In this document: positions 1 through 8,272 of the stretch, piece by piece
Position numbering within the stretch: the first letter of the stretch is position 1
How the letters are laid out: each line of letters begins with the position of its first letter
NCBI GenBank assembly: GCA_964486215.1
Contig: CAZALI010000004.1
Location: forward strand, 1 to 63,377
DNA: 63,377 bases
From: an uncultured Muribaculaceae bacterium
Lineage (GTDB): Bacteria > Bacillota_I > Bacilli_A > RF39 > UBA660
Direction: 5' to 3'
Notes under the pieces: generated by a model
Told to the model about the DNA's origin: nothing
Database searches by the model: none
What the model saw: the letters and a program-made list of their open reading frames with translations, nothing else
Program-made: the position numbers and the translations under genes

Positions 1-58
1 GATGGAAGAATGGTGACATTTTGAGTTGACCAGTACTAATAGATCGAGGATTTAATCA
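1..58 (+). rRNA. rrl: 23S rRNA, 3'-terminal fragment (gene starts upstream of the window)
   Basis: The sequence ...GGAAGAATGGTGACATTTTGAGTTGACCAGTACTAATAGATCGAGGATTTAATCA aligns by eye with the conserved 3' end of Bacillus-type 23S rRNA (...GCTGACGAATACTAATCGATCGAGGACTTAACCA). A 5S gene follows about 60 nt later. Confidence 0.7.
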
Positions 59-118
59 TATATTTAATTTGATGAACACAGTATCTAAGTTTTCAGAGAA
101 CTATATTAATAGTTTTTT

Positions 119-222
119 CTCGGTGACAATAGCTAGTGGGTCACACCTGTTCCCATCCCGAACACAGAAGTTAAGCCACTAAACGCTGACAATAGTGTAT
201 GCTAAGATAAGAAGTTGCCGAG
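119..222 (+). rRNA. rrf: 5S rRNA (short, about 104 nt)
   Basis: Contains the universal 5S core GTCACACCTGTTCCCATCCCGAACACAGAAGTTAAGCC. The terminal helix I pairs 5' CTCGGTGAC with 3' GTTGCCGAG. It sits directly after the 23S tail. Confidence 0.85.
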
Positions 223-259
223 ATTTTTTTATGCAATAATTTATTTTTATATAGAACAT

Positions 260-297
260 AAAAATCTATTAATAGTTTACTTAATAGATTTTTTTTA
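260..297 (+). terminator. Rho-independent terminator of the rRNA operon
   Basis: Perfect 12-bp stem AAAATCTATTAA / TTAATAGATTTT with an 8-nt loop, followed by a T-run. Confidence 0.8.
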
Positions 298-319
298 TTA
301 TATTAATAGTGGTGATAAT

Positions 320-1231
320 ATGAAAAATAAAAAAATAATAATAGCATTAGTAATCATTCTATTATTAATTATAGTATTTGTATGTATTAAATCTTTTTCT
401 AAAACGGAGAATAATTCTAAAAAAGAAAAAGAAAAAGTGGATCCTACACCAACTAATGTTATTGAAGAAATAGAATTTGATAGTACTGATGTTAAAGAGT
501 TCGTTGATAATCTACTTAAAGAAGATTCAACAGAGTTTGATATTAACAATCAAGAAATAAATTCAAAATACCAAGCATTAATGTCATTAATACACTGGTC
601 TAGTATTAACTCTATTAAAGAAATAATAAACAAAAATGATATTTTTAAAGCAATTACTTATGATATTCACGATAATGATATTACAGAAATTAAGACAGAA
701 GAAAATTCAATAATTGGAAGTATAAAAAAAGAAACTATTAATAAACAAATAAAGAATTTATTTTGCACGTCAAAAATAAAAATAGCACTAGATAAAAATG
801 ATGAAGATATTATTGTAAGTGAAGGAGATATGGAAAATACTAGTCAAAAATATAGGCATGCATCATTGAAAGAAGTGACTGATAATAGTTATGTATTTGA
901 ATTTGGAGATTATGAAGGAACATATGCTGCACCTATATTAAAACCATTTCCTAATAAGATAGTTAGTATTAAAGAATATAATGACTATTTATTGGTAGAA
1001 TCAAGACATATTTATTCACTAGGAAAAGAAAGAAAAGAAGATAGTTGGATTGTAAAAATTTGCTCTGATAGAATTTGTACTAATGTGATAGATGAAGTAT
1101 CTGTACCAGTACAGCACTACTTTTCAGTCAATATAGATAAATATATAGATAAAGCAGAAAAAATATATACAGTGTTTAAAAAACATAAAGGACATTATTA
1201 TTTTTACAAGAACTATATAGAAAACAAATAA
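320..1231 (+). CDS. Hypothetical N-terminally membrane-anchored protein
   Basis: ORF-track ORF 215..1231 trimmed to the internal ATG at 320 (MKNKKIIIALVIILLLIIVFV...). The upstream part overlaps the 5S gene and its terminator. A GGTGA Shine-Dalgarno lies just upstream. One N-terminal TM segment; no recognisable domain. Confidence 0.75.
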   Translation: MKNKKIIIALVIILLLIIVFVCIKSFSKTENNSKKEKEKVDPTPTNVIEEIEFDSTDVKEFVDNLLKEDSTEFDINNQEINSKYQALMSLIHWSSINSIKEIINKNDIFKAITYDIHDNDITEIKTEENSIIGSIKKETINKQIKNLFCTSKIKIALDKNDEDIIVSEGDMENTSQKYRHASLKEVTDNSYVFEFGDYEGTYAAPILKPFPNKIVSIKEYNDYLLVESRHIYSLGKERKEDSWIVKICSDRICTNVIDEVSVPVQHYFSVNIDKYIDKAEKIYTVFKKHKGHYYFYKNYIENK

Positions 1232-1280
1232 TGTAAAACTGTTTAAAAACCATTAAAAAGTTTGTATAACAGTTTTTTTC

Positions 1281-1289
1281 TGCTATAAT
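1281..1289 (+). promoter_or_regulatory. Extended -10 promoter element (TGCTATAAT) upstream of tsaE
   Basis: Exact TGnTATAAT match in the intergenic region after a hairpin plus T-run. No clear -35 element. Confidence 0.45.
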
Positions 1290-1306
1290 AAAATTAGGTG
1301 ATGGAA

Positions 1307-1765
1307 ATGGATTACAAAATTACAACTTATTCAGAGCAAGAAACTATAGAACTAGCTCAAAATATTGAATCAGAAAAGTTTCCTAATATGGTAATTTGCT
1401 TATCAGGAGACCTAGGTACAGGAAAAACAGTTTTCACAAAAGGATTTGCTCAAGCGATGGAAATAACTGATGATTTAACATCGCCAACATTCAATATTAT
1501 TAAAGAGTACACTACTGGAGACATGCCACTATATCATATGGATGTCTACAGACTAGATGGAAATCTAGGAGACTTAGAAATAGAAGAATACTTTACTAAG
1601 AAAGGTATAACTATTATTGAATGGGCTGATACAATTGAACAGTATCTGCCAAAGAATAGATTAGATATTTGGTTTAAGAGTTCCGAAGATGATGAAGATA
1701 AAAGAGTTATTACTATAACTCCACACGGAAAGAAATATGAAGAATTATGTGAGGCTGTACTATGA
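1307..1765 (+). CDS. tsaE: tRNA t6A37 biosynthesis ATPase TsaE
   Basis: P-loop GDLGTGKT, then TSPTF and YHMDVYRL blocks typical of TsaE/YjeE. ATGA overlap with tsaB. Start placed at ATG 1307, 5 nt after AGGTGA; GTG 1298 and ATG 1301 are alternatives. Confidence 0.9.
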   Translation: MDYKITTYSEQETIELAQNIESEKFPNMVICLSGDLGTGKTVFTKGFAQAMEITDDLTSPTFNIIKEYTTGDMPLYHMDVYRLDGNLGDLEIEEYFTKKGITIIEWADTIEQYLPKNRLDIWFKSSEDDEDKRVITITPHGKKYEELCEAVL

Positions 1766-2388
1766 GATATTTATATATAGATACATCTTCACCTTTTTTA
1801 TATGCAGGATTAGTAGAAGATGATAATCTTCTTGCGGAAAGACAAAAAGAATTAAGAGAAAATTTGTCTAAAGATGCTATATACGAAATAGCTGAAATGT
1901 TTAAAGAAGCTAACTTATCCCCAGATGATGTGGATAAAATAATTGTCATAAATGGTCCAGGATCATTCACAGGTATCAGAATAGGATTAACTATCGCAAA
2001 AGTATATGCTTGGGCAAAAGAGATTCCAATCACAACCGCATCTTCATTACTCGCAATGGCTATATCTAGTGATAATAATAAAATTCATGTACCAATGTTA
2101 GATGCTAGAAGAGATTTTGTCTATACTGCTATATATGATGAAAACTACGAAGAAATTTTAAAACCACAACATATAGAAAGAGACAAAATAATCGAAAAAT
2201 TAAAAGATTTATCTGATTATGAAGTAATATCGAATGATAATTTTACTGATATAACAGATGTTAATAGGTATAAACCAAATATTTTAAAAATAGTAGAGCA
2301 TTTAAAAGATAAAGAAAGTATTAATCCACATGCAGCTAATCCAGATTATCTTAAACTAACTGCTGCTGAAGAGAGAATAAATGAATGA
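1762..2388 (+). CDS. tsaB: tRNA t6A37 biosynthesis protein TsaB (YeaZ)
   Basis: INGPGSFTGIRIGLT motif of the YeaZ/TsaB family. Lies in the tsaE-tsaB-rimI-tsaD order and is translationally coupled on both sides. Confidence 0.9.
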   Translation: MRYLYIDTSSPFLYAGLVEDDNLLAERQKELRENLSKDAIYEIAEMFKEANLSPDDVDKIIVINGPGSFTGIRIGLTIAKVYAWAKEIPITTASSLLAMAISSDNNKIHVPMLDARRDFVYTAIYDENYEEILKPQHIERDKIIEKLKDLSDYEVISNDNFTDITDVNRYKPNILKIVEHLKDKESINPHAANPDYLKLTAAEERINE

Positions 2389-2783
2389 TTAAATTAATAA
2401 CTAAAGAAAATTATGAAGATTTAAATGATGATTTTTTATCTTTAGAATACTTAAAAAAAGAATTTGCTAGTAATCCTTTCGCTAAATTTTTAATATTTAT
2501 TGAGAATGATGAATTAATTGGTTATTTATATTATAGTGATATTTATGATAGAATAGAAATCAATCAATTTGAAGTAAAAGAAAAGTATAGAAATCAAGGA
2601 AAAGGTAATATGCTCTTAGAGTATTTAATTTCTAATAATAAGAAAGATATAAGTTTAGAAGTAAGAGAAAATAATACTTATGCCATCAAATTATATGAAA
2701 AAAATAATTTTAAAAAAGTATCAGTAAGAAATGGTTATTATGAAGGTATAGATGGCATATTAATGTATAGAAAGTATGAATAG
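2385..2783 (+). CDS. rimI: Ribosomal-protein-alanine N-acetyltransferase (GNAT)
   Basis: 132-aa GNAT fold with the acetyl-CoA motif KYRNQGKGNMLL. Canonical position between tsaB and tsaD. Confidence 0.8.
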   Translation: MIKLITKENYEDLNDDFLSLEYLKKEFASNPFAKFLIFIENDELIGYLYYSDIYDRIEINQFEVKEKYRNQGKGNMLLEYLISNNKKDISLEVRENNTYAIKLYEKNNFKKVSVRNGYYEGIDGILMYRKYE

Positions 2784-2793
2784 AGGTGATGAT

Positions 2794-3789
2794 ATGTACA
2801 TTTTAGCTATTGAAAGTAGTTGTGATGAGACAAGTGCATCTATCGTTAAAGATGGACATGAAGAGATAGCTACTGTTATTTCATCACAAATAGATATTCA
2901 TAAATTATATGGTGGAGTAGTTCCTGAAATAGCTAGTCGTAACCATATTAAGAATATAACTATAGTTTTAGAAGAATGTTTAGAAAAGGCTCATATGACT
3001 ATGGATGAAGTGGATGCTATAGGTATAACGTACGGTCCAGGTTTAATTGGATCACTTTTAGTTGGCCTAGAAGCTGCTAAGACACTTGCTTTCATATACA
3101 ATAAGCCTTTAATACCTGTTCATCATATAGCTGGACATATCTATGCTAATAACTTAGTAAAAGAAATGAAATTCCCATTACTTGCTGTTGTCGTAAGTGG
3201 TGGTCATACCGAACTTGATTTAATGACAGAGCATTATAACTTTAAAAAATTAGGTGGTACTTTAGATGATGCTATTGGAGAGTGTTACGATAAAGTAGCC
3301 CGTGTTATAGGATTAGAATATCCAGGTGGACCTAAAGTAGACAAATTAGCCCATATTGGAAAAGTAACATATAAATTACCTGTTCCAATGAAAGACGATA
3401 GTTATAATTTTTCTTTTAGTGGTCTAAAGAGTGCTGTTATTAATTTAGCTCACAACGAAAAGCAAAGAGGAGTAGAATTAAATAAAGAAGATCTTGCTGC
3501 TTCATTTCAAGAAGTCGCCACTTCATCAATTATAAATAAAGTAGAAAAAGCAATAGAAGACTATGATATAAAAACAGTTATTGTAGCTGGTGGAGTTGCT
3601 GCTAACTTAGGTTTAAGAGAAAAAATGACAAGTTTATGTGATAAATTAAAAGTAGACTTATCTATTCCTCCAATGGAATATTGTACAGATAATGCTACAA
3701 TGATAGGAGCTGCAGCTTATTATGCCTATAAAAAAGGAAGAATAGCTGATTTGCGATTAAACTCTGTATCACAAGATGAATTAAAATAA
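2794..3789 (+). CDS. tsaD: tRNA N6-adenosine threonylcarbamoyltransferase TsaD
   Basis: Kae1/Gcp hallmarks: ESSCDETS, HHIAGH metal site, VVSGGHTEL, AGGVAAN. Start moved to ATG 2794 (MYILAIE), preceded by AGAGGTGA. Confidence 0.95.
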   Translation: MYILAIESSCDETSASIVKDGHEEIATVISSQIDIHKLYGGVVPEIASRNHIKNITIVLEECLEKAHMTMDEVDAIGITYGPGLIGSLLVGLEAAKTLAFIYNKPLIPVHHIAGHIYANNLVKEMKFPLLAVVVSGGHTELDLMTEHYNFKKLGGTLDDAIGECYDKVARVIGLEYPGGPKVDKLAHIGKVTYKLPVPMKDDSYNFSFSGLKSAVINLAHNEKQRGVELNKEDLAASFQEVATSSIINKVEKAIEDYDIKTVIVAGGVAANLGLREKMTSLCDKLKVDLSIPPMEYCTDNATMIGAAAYYAYKKGRIADLRLNSVSQDELK

Positions 3790-3862
3790 GTTTTATACTT
3801 ATTTTTTTTATAAAAAAATGTTATAATAAAATCGATTAAAGTAGAAAAGAAGGTTGGATAGT

Positions 3863-5050
3863 ATGTTGAAATCACAAGTTGGTTATAGTACTAATATAGA
3901 TTATTATGAATCCGGTGTAGAAACAGCACAGATGGCTACTAATGAATTAAATGAACAGAAGTTAGGTTTTTTATTTACGTCATGCCAAGATGATATTAAG
4001 GAAGTAATAAGAGGTATTAGAACAAAGACTTCTGTACCTTTAATTGGTTGTACTAGTAGTGGAGGTTTGATTGTTCCAGATAAAATTGTGACTGGTGAAA
4101 AAAGCTTTGCTGGTATGTTAGTATTAAATGATAATGAAATGACTATTGGTATGGCTTGTCATGAAGCTGGTAGAAATCCTAGAGCTATTGGTAGAAAAGT
4201 TGCTATAGACGCTGTAAGTGATGCTAAAACTACTCGTGCTCCTTCATATTTTTACATGGTTGCTTCTCCTAAAGAAGAGGAAGAATATCTTCAAGGTATT
4301 CAAGATGTTATAGGAAGAGTTCCAATGTTTGGAGGATCAGCTGCTGATGACGATATGAGTGGTAATTGGAAAATAATTTGTAATGATAAAGTCTTTTCTG
4401 ATGGTGTAGCTGTAGCTTTCTTCTATACTGATAATGAAATAGCAACATCATTCACAGGAGATTATCGTGAGACTAACAATGTTGGTATTATTACTAAAGT
4501 AGAAGATAATCGTGAACTTGTTGAAATAAATGGTGAAGGTGCTCTAAAACAATATGCCGAGTGGACTAATAAAAATATAGAGGATCTACAAGGAAGTAAT
4601 CTTTTAAAATCATCTGTAATGCATCCACTAGGAGTAAAAGATCCAATAGGTAATATTACTCTTATTAGATATCCAGTATTTGGAGATGATAAAGGAACAA
4701 GAACTATTAAAGATGATACTATTAAATTAGGTAATAAAGTAGTAGAGTCAACAGCTATTATGGAATTAGAGACAACTGTTGATGAGTTAATTGATTCAGC
4801 AACTGATATGATAAAAGATGTTAAGAATAAATTATATAATGATCCAGTAGCTTATGTTTTTATTCACTGTGCTGGAAGAAAGTTAGCTATAGGTGATAGG
4901 TTAGAAGAAGTACATGAACTTATGGTTAGAGAAACTAAAGGAGTACCATTCATCACAACGTTTGCTTTTGGTGAATATGGTTATGATGAGCATTCAGCTA
5001 ATATGTGTGGTGGATTAATGCTTTCATTCACAGCTTTTGGAAAAGAATAA
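3863..5050 (+). CDS. Stand-alone FIST-type sensory domain protein (FIST_N + FIST_C-like)
   Basis: Soluble protein of about 395 aa with GCTSSGG, FGGSAADD and a terminal FGEYG, blocks that recall FIST N/C domains. Family call is from memory of motifs only. An extended -10 (TGTTATAAT, 3819..3827) lies upstream. Confidence 0.65.
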   Translation: MLKSQVGYSTNIDYYESGVETAQMATNELNEQKLGFLFTSCQDDIKEVIRGIRTKTSVPLIGCTSSGGLIVPDKIVTGEKSFAGMLVLNDNEMTIGMACHEAGRNPRAIGRKVAIDAVSDAKTTRAPSYFYMVASPKEEEEYLQGIQDVIGRVPMFGGSAADDDMSGNWKIICNDKVFSDGVAVAFFYTDNEIATSFTGDYRETNNVGIITKVEDNRELVEINGEGALKQYAEWTNKNIEDLQGSNLLKSSVMHPLGVKDPIGNITLIRYPVFGDDKGTRTIKDDTIKLGNKVVESTAIMELETTVDELIDSATDMIKDVKNKLYNDPVAYVFIHCAGRKLAIGDRLEEVHELMVRETKGVPFITTFAFGEYGYDEHSANMCGGLMLSFTAFGKE

Positions 5051-5057
5051 TTATTAT

Positions 5058-5093
5058 AAAATAACTGTTAAATTTAACAGTTATTTTTATTTT
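5058..5093 (+). terminator. Rho-independent terminator after the FIST gene
   Basis: 10-bp perfect stem ATAACTGTTA / TAACAGTTAT with loop AATT, followed by TTTTATTTT. Confidence 0.8.
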
Positions 5094-5124
5094 GTGGTAT
5101 TATATATTTAGAGCGAGTAAAAAC

Positions 5125-5153
5125 TTGCAATAATGATAAGTATATGGTATAAT
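5125..5153 (+). promoter_or_regulatory. Sigma-A type promoter of the adhesin-sortase operon
   Basis: TTGCAA (-35, 5125..5130), 17-bp spacer, TATAAT (-10, 5148..5153); 29 nt upstream of the start codon. Confidence 0.6.
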
Positions 5154-5181
5154 ATAGCCATTTGTTAGGGGGAATAATATT

Positions 5182-6654
5182 ATGAAATCATTATTCAAGA
5201 AATTATCTATTATCATCGTAACTTTACTAGTATTCATAGGTGGTAATTATGGTGTAAAAGCCGTTAGTAATACTATTCATTTAGCTGATGCTAAAGCTGT
5301 TCCAAGATATATTGATGGACTAAAATTTAGCATTAAGAGAATGACAAACGGAGAGTATTTATATTGTCTACACAGAAATGCAAATACTGCTCAAAATGTA
5401 ACTGCTAAACTAGATGGAAGAACAGACAATGGAGTTTCATATATTTTAGCTAATGGTTATCCAGTAAAAAGTATAACTGGTAATAGAACTAAGGACTATT
5501 ACATAACACAAACTGCTGTATGGTGGTACTTAGATGATGCAAAAGGTGCATCTAATTTAAGCAGAGAATTTAAGAGTCAATCTGGTACTATGATTAATCA
5601 TATTAAGAGATTAGTAAGAGGAGCTAAAAAAGCTGGTTCTCCAAGAAGAACTGCTAATATTAAATTAACAACAAAGAGTACTGAAATGATTCTAAAAGAT
5701 GGATATTATGTTTCAGAAGTAATTAAAGGTAATGCTACTGATAATTATAAAGTAACAGTATCAGGACCTGCTGGTACTAAAGTTGTTGACTTAAATGGTA
5801 ATGTTAAAAATACTTTTAAACCAAAAGAAGGATTTAGAGTAAAAGTACCATTAAGTGAAGCTAAGAAAGAAAACGTTAAAGTAACAGCTAAGACAACTGC
5901 AACTTATTATCAAGCATATAGATATTATCCAACAGATAAGTCAATGCAAAAAGTAGCACGTTTAGTTAAAGAATCAAATTCTAAAGCATCTAATTTAGGA
6001 TTAACTATTTCCAAGTCTGTACTTAGAGTTAATAAATTAGATGAAGATACTAAACAAAATATAGCAGGAGCAACAATAGCTTTGAAAGATGCTAGTGGAA
6101 AAACTATTACTACATGGGTTTCTACTAGTGATACTCATATAATTCAAAACTTACAAAATGGTACATATACTATTGAAGAAGTAAATGCACCTGATGGATA
6201 TAAGAAATCAGAAACAACAAAGACCTTTACTATAAATGATAAAGTTAGAGATGTTACAATAAACTTATATAATAAAGCTGAAGAAAGTGTTGTAACAATC
6301 ACAAAAGTTGATAAAGAAACAAATGCACCACTAGCTGGAGCTGTTCTAGTTGTAAAAGATGCAAATGGTACTGAAATTGAACGTTTCACTACTACAACAG
6401 AAGCACATGTAATTAAAGATTTAGAAGCAGGTACATATACTGTAGAAGAAGTAGAAGCACCTGCAGGATATATGAAGAATGAAACAGGAGTTGAATTCAC
6501 TATCGATAGTGAGCACTTAACTCATCAAATAACAATAGAGAATTATAAAGAAGTAGTAGTTCCAGATACATCAACTGCTAGTACAATTATTCTTACTATA
6601 TTAGGTATTGTCATTACTATCGTAGGACTTAATTTCATTAAGAGATATGCTTAA
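5182..6654 (+). CDS. Surface adhesin: signal peptide, thioester domain (TED), 2 CnaB/SpaA-type domains, C-terminal sorting signal
   Basis: TED Cys context YLYCLHRN and the TQxA(I/V)W motif ITQTAVWWY. Two roughly 90-aa repeats (KLDEDTKQNIAGATIALKD...NGTYTIEEVNAPDGY and KVDKETNAPLAGAVLVVKD...AGTYTVEEVEAPAGY) are typical of CnaB/prealbumin-fold stalk domains. The tail is VPDTS, a hydrophobic stretch, then KRYA. Confidence 0.9.
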   Translation: MKSLFKKLSIIIVTLLVFIGGNYGVKAVSNTIHLADAKAVPRYIDGLKFSIKRMTNGEYLYCLHRNANTAQNVTAKLDGRTDNGVSYILANGYPVKSITGNRTKDYYITQTAVWWYLDDAKGASNLSREFKSQSGTMINHIKRLVRGAKKAGSPRRTANIKLTTKSTEMILKDGYYVSEVIKGNATDNYKVTVSGPAGTKVVDLNGNVKNTFKPKEGFRVKVPLSEAKKENVKVTAKTTATYYQAYRYYPTDKSMQKVARLVKESNSKASNLGLTISKSVLRVNKLDEDTKQNIAGATIALKDASGKTITTWVSTSDTHIIQNLQNGTYTIEEVNAPDGYKKSETTKTFTINDKVRDVTINLYNKAEESVVTITKVDKETNAPLAGAVLVVKDANGTEIERFTTTTEAHVIKDLEAGTYTVEEVEAPAGYMKNETGVEFTIDSEHLTHQITIENYKEVVVPDTSTASTIILTILGIVITIVGLNFIKRYA

Positions 6655-7306
6655 TTATAATAAAAATAAACGCGAGATTTCACCTAGTTTAGTTGCCATT
6701 ATTGGTGCACTAATTATCATGCTAGGTGGATTCTTTATTTCTTACAACTACATTGAAAGTAAGAAAGTTCTAGCCTATGATTATGTATCTACAGAATTCT
6801 TTTCTAAAAATGAAGAGACTAAACAAATAATAACTGAATCTGAAGATACTAAAATACGTGAAGCTGTAACTGGAGAAGAATCAGATGTAGTTACAAATGA
6901 TTTTATAGGTTATTTAACAATACCTAAAATTAATCTACGTAAAGGTTTTCTTGATAGAAGATCAACAGAAAATGACGTAGAAAAGAATATATATGTAGTA
7001 GAAGGATCTACTTATCCTGATGTTAAAAGAGGTAATTTAATAATAGCTGGTCACTCTGGTACTGGATGGAAAGCTTTCTTTAATGACTTATATAAGTTAG
7101 GAAAAGGAGACTATGCTATTGTTTCATACAAAGGAAAGAAATATACATATTCTATTACAAGTATTTATAAACAATCTAAGACAGGTAAAATTGCTATCTA
7201 TAGGAACTATGATAAGACAACCCTAACATTAATTACTTGTACTAATTATGATAGTAAAACACAAACTGTCTATGTTGCAGAATTAATTTCTACAGAAAAT
7301 GAATAA
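6647..7306 (+). CDS. Sortase-family transpeptidase (atypical: no Arg after the catalytic Cys)
   Basis: N-terminal TM anchor, LIIAGHSG (catalytic His) and TLTLITC (catalytic Cys). Its start overlaps the adhesin stop by 8 nt. Confidence 0.85.
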   Translation: MLNYNKNKREISPSLVAIIGALIIMLGGFFISYNYIESKKVLAYDYVSTEFFSKNEETKQIITESEDTKIREAVTGEESDVVTNDFIGYLTIPKINLRKGFLDRRSTENDVEKNIYVVEGSTYPDVKRGNLIIAGHSGTGWKAFFNDLYKLGKGDYAIVSYKGKKYTYSITSIYKQSKTGKIAIYRNYDKTTLTLITCTNYDSKTQTVYVAELISTENE

Positions 7307-7328
7307 TTAAATAAATGGGGGTGAAGTT

Positions 7329-8216
7329 ATGACAAGGATGTCACTAGGTGAGGAATTAGACTTGCTATTTAAAGTGTGTCTTCAAAACAAGTTATCTATA
7401 GTAATATTCTTACTTCTTGCTATTGTAGCTTATCTATTTATTACTACTAATAAAAGAAATGCTAATGTTACTAAAAAGACTTATATTATTGCCTATGTTG
7501 TAATAATAGTTTTCGTACTTGTAACTTTTAGTACACACATTGCTAAATTTTTTGATTATATGATAAATAATTTCTTTATAGCTGTTTATTTTCCTAATTT
7601 AGCCATATACTTCGCAGCCATTATAGTATCAAATATAATTGCTTTTATAAGTGTATTTAATTTTGATATAAATAGAATAATACGTAATATTAATATAGTT
7701 GTTTATAGTATTATATCTTTTCTCTTCTTCTTGTTAATAGGTGTTATTTCTGATAGAGGTCTAGATATTTATAGTCAACATTCTATATATGCGAATGATA
7801 AAGCTCATGCTTTAATAGAACTTACAAGTATTATCTTTATGATATGGATTATATTCTTAATTACTTATTATGCAATAAGAAGATATCAAGAAAAGAAACA
7901 AGATAAAGAAAAAGTTGTTAAGAAGAAAATACCTAATAATATTATTGAGGTTGATAGTCCAAAGATAGCCTTAAAAGTAACAGAACCACCAAAGTTAGAT
8001 GAAGAAGAAATAAATGCTAAAGTAGCTGAAGAAGTAGACAAGAGAGTAAAAACAAAATTAGCTGAGAATAAAGCTTTAGATAATATCTTAAGTAGAGAAG
8101 ATTATGTACTATTACTAAAAATATTAAAAGAGAAAAAAGAAGAAAAAACAAAAGATATAATAGATGATCAGAGTAGTTTAATGAAATTAGACGAAATGTA
8201 TAAAAGTGTACGATAA
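7329..8216 (+). CDS. Polytopic membrane protein with Lys/Glu-rich cytoplasmic tail (unknown function)
   Basis: Five to six hydrophobic segments followed by a charged, coiled-coil-like C-terminus. Strong SD GGGGGTGA. Last gene before the operon terminator. Confidence 0.75.
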   Translation: MTRMSLGEELDLLFKVCLQNKLSIVIFLLLAIVAYLFITTNKRNANVTKKTYIIAYVVIIVFVLVTFSTHIAKFFDYMINNFFIAVYFPNLAIYFAAIIVSNIIAFISVFNFDINRIIRNINIVVYSIISFLFFLLIGVISDRGLDIYSQHSIYANDKAHALIELTSIIFMIWIIFLITYYAIRRYQEKKQDKEKVVKKKIPNNIIEVDSPKIALKVTEPPKLDEEEINAKVAEEVDKRVKTKLAENKALDNILSREDYVLLLKILKEKKEEKTKDIIDDQSSLMKLDEMYKSVR

Positions 8217-8232
8217 TACACTTTTTTTTTAC
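8202..8232 (+). terminator. Rho-independent terminator of the adhesin-sortase operon
   Basis: Stem AAAAGTGTA / TACACTTTT overlapping the stop codon, followed by a long T-run. Confidence 0.7.
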
Positions 8233-8272
8233 TAGTTTTTAGACTATAATTAATATGAGTGGAGGTAATACT

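Noticed and set aside
215-319. N-terminal extension of ORF 215..1231 (MPRFFYAIIYFY...)
   Set aside because: It overlaps the 3' end of the 5S rRNA and runs straight through the strong rrn terminator hairpin (260..297). The internal ATG at 320 has an SD and begins a normal signal-anchor sequence.
298-549. Antisense ORF (83 aa) inside the 320..1231 gene
   Set aside because: It lies entirely within a longer ORF on the opposite strand. Its Ser/Ile/Leu-rich low-complexity product is typical of the reverse frame of Lys/Glu/Asn-rich AT-rich genes. It has no SD.
1763-1765. Alternative genetic code (TGA = Trp, as in Mollicutes), prompted by the short 5S and extreme AT content
   Set aside because: TGA terminates tsaE at the conserved C-terminus with the usual ATGA coupling to tsaB. 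The long ORFs are not interrupted by in-frame TGA in the standard code.
1713-2033. Antisense ORF across the tsaE/tsaB junction
   Set aside because: It overlaps two genes with unmistakable conserved motifs on the plus strand and has no motif of its own.
3783-3812. Weak A/T-only hairpin after tsaD as a terminator
   Set aside because: The stem (AATAAGT / ACTTATT) is entirely A/T-rich and short. It may function, but support is too thin to list as a feature.
6144-6500. Antisense ORF inside the adhesin CnaB repeats
   Set aside because: It is the mirror frame of a repetitive Thr/Val/Glu-rich coding region. The plus-strand product has clear domain signatures.
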